Part shown: positions 56,551 through 64,000 of the stretch, in pieces
How the letters are laid out: each line of letters opens with the position of its first letter
Numbering within the stretch: the stretch's first letter is position 1
NCBI RefSeq assembly: GCF_009914755.1
Contig: NC_060929.1
Reading direction: 5' to 3' (one strand)
Source of the DNA: the human T2T-CHM13v2.0 reference genome, Homo sapiens
Length of the DNA: 64,000 nucleotides
Notes under the pieces: model-generated
What the model was told of the DNA's origin: nothing
Databases searched by the model: none
What the model saw: the letters and a program-made list of their open reading frames with translations, nothing else
Position numbers and translations under genes: made by a program

Positions 56551-56849
56551 GAACAATTTTCAAATTGTACAGAGTAAAATAAACATTTCTGCAGAAATTA
56601 GAGAATGAGATAAATGAAACAACAAAAGTGTATCTGGGCTTTTAAAACAAGTTCAAGTCTGTAGGGCCAAATAAATAAAACCCAGAGTAATGACAGCACT
56701 TTCAGAACCAATACTTGTTAGTGATCTATGAGCAAAACATGACAAATAAGAAAAATACATGCCCCCTGATAGATATATGTATTATTTTTCATGGTTCTCC
56801 AATAGGAGAAGCAAGTAACTAGTAATAAATTTGCTGCCAGTGTCCTAGA

Positions 56850-57960
<1,111 letters not shown>

Positions 57961-59252
57961 GAGAGCACAGTTTGAATATAAAGTAAAATTCTCTCAGTCC
58001 CTGCACTAGGGACATATGGTTCATAGTGGTATAGATGAACACTAATAATTATGTATTTAATGTCATTTTATAATTTTTCAGGTTTGATGTAAAGTTTTCC
58101 TTAGAAAAATTAATTTTAGAAAAATAAATTGTATTTAAATACTCATTTGTTAGTATGAGTATTAAAATGTTAAGCAAATAAACGATATACAGATATGGCA
58201 AAATCACAGAGGTGGTACTCCTTCAATGACTGCAGTGAAGGAAACACTGCTGCAGATTGTGCTATTTCATCTTCAGTATTTTTAAACTTCTGTTCCAGGA
58301 TCTATCTCCTGCCAAGGAAATGCCTGTCGCATAGTTTTGAATGACTCAAGTATTTATTAATAGAAAGGAAGAGGAAGATAAGAAAAGTAAGACAAAGAAG
58401 GGAAAAGGGATGAATGACTCGGTACTCCAAGCACATCAGTTCAGCTTGTTTACCTGTAGAGTTCACATCATAGTGACATTAAACCAGGAGGAATTCAGAG
58501 CACCAGTGCCAAAAATAATTAGAAAAGGACCCAGAGGGGTTAAAAATAAGGTCAGGAAGTAGCAGAATGAAACAACTGAGAAAATAGAAACAAATATGTC
58601 TACTGACAAATAATTTGACACACAAATATCCAGTGGGTTGGAAAAACCTAGACATCCCAGAAAAGACCTGCTGGCGATGCTAGTCTTGCTAGAACCTCAA
58701 GAGAAAGATAAAAGTAGCAAAGACAGCCCAGGTAGCTCTGAAGCATACCCCAACCCCGTTCCTTAACCTCTGAGTGTGTGCCGCTCCCACCCACCACCAG
58801 CCCAATGCAGCAGCATTCTGTCCACAAGATGTTTCAAATGTAGGGTCTCAATACTATTTCAAATTAGTCATGAAGACCAAAATGTTCATCGTCTCATGTT
58901 TGAACTTTCAACGCCCTCCCATCCTAGTAGGCAATATGACCCACACACTGTCAAGGTCATTTTCAGGTAAACATCATCCTTTATCTCTATCGCCAGCAGC
59001 TGCCCGCAGGGTCTACAGAGCATCTTTAGCACCCACCCCCTTCCTTCCATCATGCTGGCCAAGGCTACCTTCACTAAGACTCTTCGCCTATCATCTGGAC
59101 CTGCTGCTCTGCAGACCTCCCGTGGCCCCTTCCAGATAACTTCAGTACACACAGAAAAGCCTTTTGGTGGTGTTCTCCATGCCTTCCCCTTTCTGGGCGC
59201 TTATACAGTGATTTCTTATAAAACAAAATGCCTCCTCACGAATGAAACCCCT

Positions 59253-59606
59253 TGTATTAGTCTGTTCTCATGCTGCTAATAAAGACATACCTGAGGCTGG
59301 GTAATTTATAAAGGAAAGAGATTTAATGGACTCACAGTTCCACATGGCTAGGGAGTCCTCACAATCATGGCAGAAGGTGAATGAGGAGCAAAGGCATGTC
59401 TTACATGGCAGCAGGCAAAAGCTTGTGCTGAAGAACTCCCATTTATAAAACCATCAGATCTCGTGAGACTTATTCACTACCACAAGAACAGTATAGGGGT
59501 AACTACCCCCATGATTTAGTTATCTCCATCTGGCCCCACCCTTCATATGTGGGGATTATTACAATTCAAGGTGAGATTTGGGTGGGGACACAGCCAAACC
59601 ATATGA
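59253..59606 (-). mobile_element. THE1 (MaLR) solo LTR with perfect TSD CCCCT
   Basis: TGTATTAGTCTGTTCTCATGCTGCTAATAAAGACATACC...GGGGACACAGCCAAACCATAT; CCCCT at 59248-59252 and 59607-59611. Confidence 0.93.
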
Positions 59607-59880
59607 CCCCTCCACCAGAGTACTACAGCCATCTCACCTACAATGTTTTCTTCTAAATAAATTTATTCACCTATTACACAGAAACAGTTTCATGAAGTTG
59701 AAATAATTTTGGTTATGAAGTCGAAAGTTCAAAACTCTATTCTTCATTGTTCCATTCACTAATTCTGTGATCTTGGCTGAGTTAACTGCTCCCTATTTCA
59801 AAGAATTACTGTGAAGAAGGTAATGTGTCTACTAAAGAAGATTGTGTGCAGTATAAAGCTCTCTAAAAACATAAGTCACT

Positions 59881-60195
<315 letters not shown>

Positions 60196-61372
60196 TTATT
60201 TAGCACTCAGTTATTTACTGCCTTGTAATCCTTCCGTTTCTTGTGTGTTCTCATATTTCCAAAATTGCTTTTACAGTTGCATGAGGCTGGCTCCTTCCCT
60301 TGCACCTTATTTGTATCCTTTCCAGTGCTTGAGTTGGTTGATAACTGAGTCAACTACTTTATGCCCTTCTTGACCCAGTAGCTTCCTCTTGCCTTCATCA
60401 TGAACTCATCAATCTCTTCTCCTCCTATAGAAGCCTTCCTTCATTTACTGAAAGAGCGCTGGTGGTTTTTCTAACATACTACCCCTTATGCAGAGAAATG
60501 TGCCATTTTGATATATGTATAGTCTGAGAATAGAGTTAGTATAGACAGAACATGAAAACAATAATGGTGGATCCCCAGAAGGCTGAGAGATGATGACATC
60601 AAAATGTGTGCAGAGAAAGACTGCCAAAACAACAAAGAAGAGGTGTGACAGGGCCAAAATCTGTGTTCATCCAATGCTGTCCAGCGCACAAGTTCTCCAA
60701 AGTGCTGTCTGAATGTTTGGTTAATGGGTCAGTATGAAAATTTATATATCATGCCTTCATTATTTGAAGCTCTTAAGCCTTAGGAACATTAAATTAACAA
60801 ACTGGCTCTGATTTCATCCTTGACAGGAGATATACACGTAAGTTTTCAAAGTTGTATTCATATAATATGGAATTTTGTGGTGAAACCAACCTCAACATCA
60901 GGCCTGCATAATGTTTTATTTCTGGTGTAAAAACTGGCTTATTCAGCAATCACAAGCAAGTTTGTAACAGCATAATTTTGGCATTTTCAAATCCATTCAT
61001 CTCTGGATCACTTGATAAGAGTTTCTGTACTTATAATACAATGGACTAGAAACTATCACAGTGATTTTATCAAAATAATATCACCCTAGGGGGCCCTGCC
61101 TAAGCGGTGGTCAGTCAACATCCCTGCCAAAGATAAATCACTCTCTTTCCACCTCAAAACACAGTTATAATGACTTGGGTTTACACGGCTCAAATTACAG
61201 CAGGTATTCTATGAATTAATTTTAAAATGCATGTTCCTAAGCCATTTGCTTGTACAGCCTGAGGAGTTAAAATATCTCGTGTATTCATAGAGACATGAAC
61301 ACATCCACTATGGAAAACAAAGACAAACCAAAGACTCTTGTTGCTCTGAAACCAAAAAAAGTTTGAGGTCTA

Positions 61373-61530
61373 AAGGTTCTCAAACTTAAACGTGTGTATG
61401 TGTCATGAGGAGATCCTGTAAAAGTACAGATTCTGACTCGGGAAGTCTGGGGTGGGGCCCAAAATGCTGTGTTTCTAACAAATGCCCAGGTGATGGTACT
61501 GTGGAAGGTCCCAGATCCCACTTAGAGAGC
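61373..61530. mobile_element. MER5A-like MITE
   Basis: GGTTCTCAAACTT...CAGATTCTGACTCGGGAAGTCTGGGGTGGGGCCC...TTTCTAACAAATGCCCAGGTGATG. Confidence 0.8.
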
Positions 61531-62321
61531 AAGGCCAGAGAGCTTAAGCAACATAGCAGTGTTCATGTCATATAAACACAGGGACTTTGACTTTTTAAAC
61601 AATTCAGCCAGAGAACACCAAAGTAAAATTATCAGGAAGTGATACAACACATCTTACATACATTTTTGTTCTTTACTAGGAATTATGTTTAAAAGGGAAT
61701 ACTTTCTGCATAATCATTGCTTTTTCTACTGTATCCATTCTTACTGAGCCATGAGAGTAGGAGTCGAGCGGTTCCTCTCACAAGTTTTACACAGTAGGCT
61801 ATGGGCTTTGCTCAGCCACCCGAAAACACACATGCCACAGAGCGGGAACCAGAAGAGCAGGCAGCACCCTGAGCACCCTCTCTGAAGCTCCACAAGCTAA
61901 CAGTGACAGGAAGGGCACTCCACAAACATCTCAGCTCATTCCCTGCACTTTCTGGAAACACATCATGATCAAATGGCATAATGCCCCTTCATCCAGATCT
62001 TGCCATGAGTCTTAAACAGAGCAGAATTGAAAGTGAATGGCTTTTAGGATATACAGCCCTCAATTGCCTCCCCATACCTACCCCTAAAATTCATGACCGT
62101 TAGCAACAGCAAAGTTAGGCCCCCTGTGCCAGGCAACAGCCAGGGGAGGGAAATAAAGAGAAAAAACGAAGCAATTAGATGACGTGCCCAAGTAGAGGTG
62201 GGTTTTGCAGGGTTTGTTTGTTTTCAGGGATTTTTTTTGGTAGAATTGCCTTATTTAACTGTTAAATTACTACTTTATTATCGAGTTCAATTTTTGCTTT
62301 TTTCCCTCTTCTTCTTTTGTT

Positions 62322-62603
62322 CTGATTTTAAGATAGTCTCACTCTGTCACCCAGGCTGCAGTCTACAAACACGACTCACTGCAGCCTCAACCTCCTGGGA
62401 TCAAGCGATCCTCCCACCTTTGCCACCTGTATAACTGGGACCACAGCCATGCACCACCACAACCAGCTAATTAAAATTCTTTTTTAGAGACAGGGGTATC
62501 GCTTTCTTGCCCAAGTTGGTCTTGAACTCATGGGCTCAAGTGATCCTCCCATCTAGGCCTCCCAAAGTGCTGGGATTACAGGCGTGAGCCACCATGCCCG
62601 GCC
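62322..62603 (-). mobile_element. AluJ
   Basis: Reverse-oriented dimer ending CCACCATGCCCGGCC. Confidence 0.9.
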
Positions 62604-63479
62604 TCAGTTTTTTCCATCTACAGGTTGTAGTGCATCGGTGAATGATGAAATCATTTTGATAGGTCAGAACTGGGTTGTTTAAAAATGCAACAGGTGGGGG
62701 TGCATCACAGTTCAAAGGAGAAGTGTTGTTTCTCAGTTGTGTGTTGTTTGTACCCAGTTATGTTGTAAAGTGCACTGCTGACTGGGGGTCATGAGTAGAA
62801 ATTTGAAAAACACTGGACTATAGTTTGCTCTATGATAGAGAAGGGTTTCTTTTAACACCTTCACTGTTTTTAACATATTTATTTTGACTGTATTCACTTG
62901 GTATTTGATTGCCTTAGCTAGATGAATCAGGGTAAATAGCCTTTTTCAGATATTTCCCTGCTCTTTCCACTATAAATTTCCTGAACTCATATAGCATGTT
63001 TAACCCATACATGTAATAGTAACGTCCTTCAGGGTATACACCATATGAGTAGGTCACATTTAATCTACATTCTAAACTATTGCTGAGCATCGTACTCCAT
63101 CCTCTGCATCCAAACAGTTGCTCAATAAATACACAGCTTAGCATGGGGAATGAGCCCTCCGTAGCTTTCGAGTTACAAGAGCACCATCTTCTGGCGAAAT
63201 ATTTTCTTTGTAGGGAGAATGTCAAAGACCTACCAAAAATGTCCTGATTTTTCTAGCAAAAATTATAATTACATCACAAATACTTTGAAATTCTGTAGAG
63301 CTCCTTGCTTCATTCAGGAGTTTCGCTTCATTTCCCCTCTGAGAAGTGGTCTTTCTGTTCCTTAGCAGTGAAAGCAGTCAGCCTGTCCTTCCTGGTTTTC
63401 CGTTAAACTAAGCCGGTTTCAAGTTTCAGCTCCTCCTTGAATTCCAGGCTGCTGAGACTTCCCTCTAGAATCCTCCAAC

Positions 63480-63683
63480 ATGGAGCCTCTTGCAGCTTAC
63501 CCGCTAAAATGTTCCGGGCCCAGAGCAAAGGTATTTGCAGTTTTGCTGTCTATAGTTCTATGCACAGTAACGCTATTTCTTCTACAACTAAAATTCCTCA
63601 AACCTAAAATCAACAGCTTTTATGCCTTTGAAGTGAAGGATGCAAAAGGAAGAACTGTTTCTCTGGAAAAGTATAAAGGCAAA
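63480..63683 (+). CDS. GPX8: Glutathione peroxidase 8 (ER type II membrane peroxidase), coding exon 1; rest of the gene beyond the window
   Basis: [68 protein letters not shown] (TM anchor + GPx N-terminal motif), Kozak CCAACATGG, donor AAA|GTAAGT. Confidence 0.97.
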
Positions 63684-64000
63684 GTAAGTTGCATCATCTG
63701 ATTTTTATTGTTATCATTTTTCCTTGTCTCTGTTTATTCCTCTTAATAAAATCAATTTTTTGCTGTTACATGGTCATAAGTTGGAATTTAGTCTTCAGAG
63801 TAATGGTATTAGTACATCACTTTAGTTATTACAGTTCTGATAGTTTGCTTCTAAATAATAAATTCCGATTATCTCGTTTTCTTTAAAATGCTTTAATTTT
63901 GTGCTGAATTGACATGTAAAGTTGTTTGGAAAATACTTATAGTTAGTAATGTGAACATGATGACATTTATTAATAAAAGTATTGGTTCTATAATCTAATA

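Noticed and set aside
58774-59279. Cluster of overlapping 64-121 aa ORFs
   Set aside because: No recognisable domain or exon structure; consistent with chance ORFs in intronic DNA

Overview
Human (or near-identical great-ape) genomic DNA from the chr5q11.2 granzyme / multiciliogenesis locus. It is not prokaryotic and has no CRISPR, rRNA or tRNA. From 5' to 3' it contains: a 5'-complete but 3'-truncated, inactivated L1PA element (~158-4907, +); the complete granzyme A gene GZMA (+, 5 exons, 6283-13509, 262 aa) with an alternative leaderless first exon (MTKGLR, 8561-8579); ten coding exons (3-12) of CDC20B on the - strand (50186 to 17544), convergent with GZMA; and coding exon 1 of GPX8 (+, 63480-63683) nested antisense in CDC20B intron 2. 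All exon boundaries were read from GT/AG sites and checked for phase. The rest is intronic or intergenic DNA rich in Alu, old L1M/L2/L3, MIR, MaLR/ERV solo LTRs and hAT MER elements. I found no convincing wholly new biological system. The best leads are two near-perfect hairpins, three in-frame splice donors 12 nt apart in CDC20B, a divergent CTCF-motif arrangement that includes an exonic site, and a promoter-bearing L1 without a poly(A) end pointing at GZMA. Repeat family names and many repeat boundaries come from recognition by eye and are approximate.
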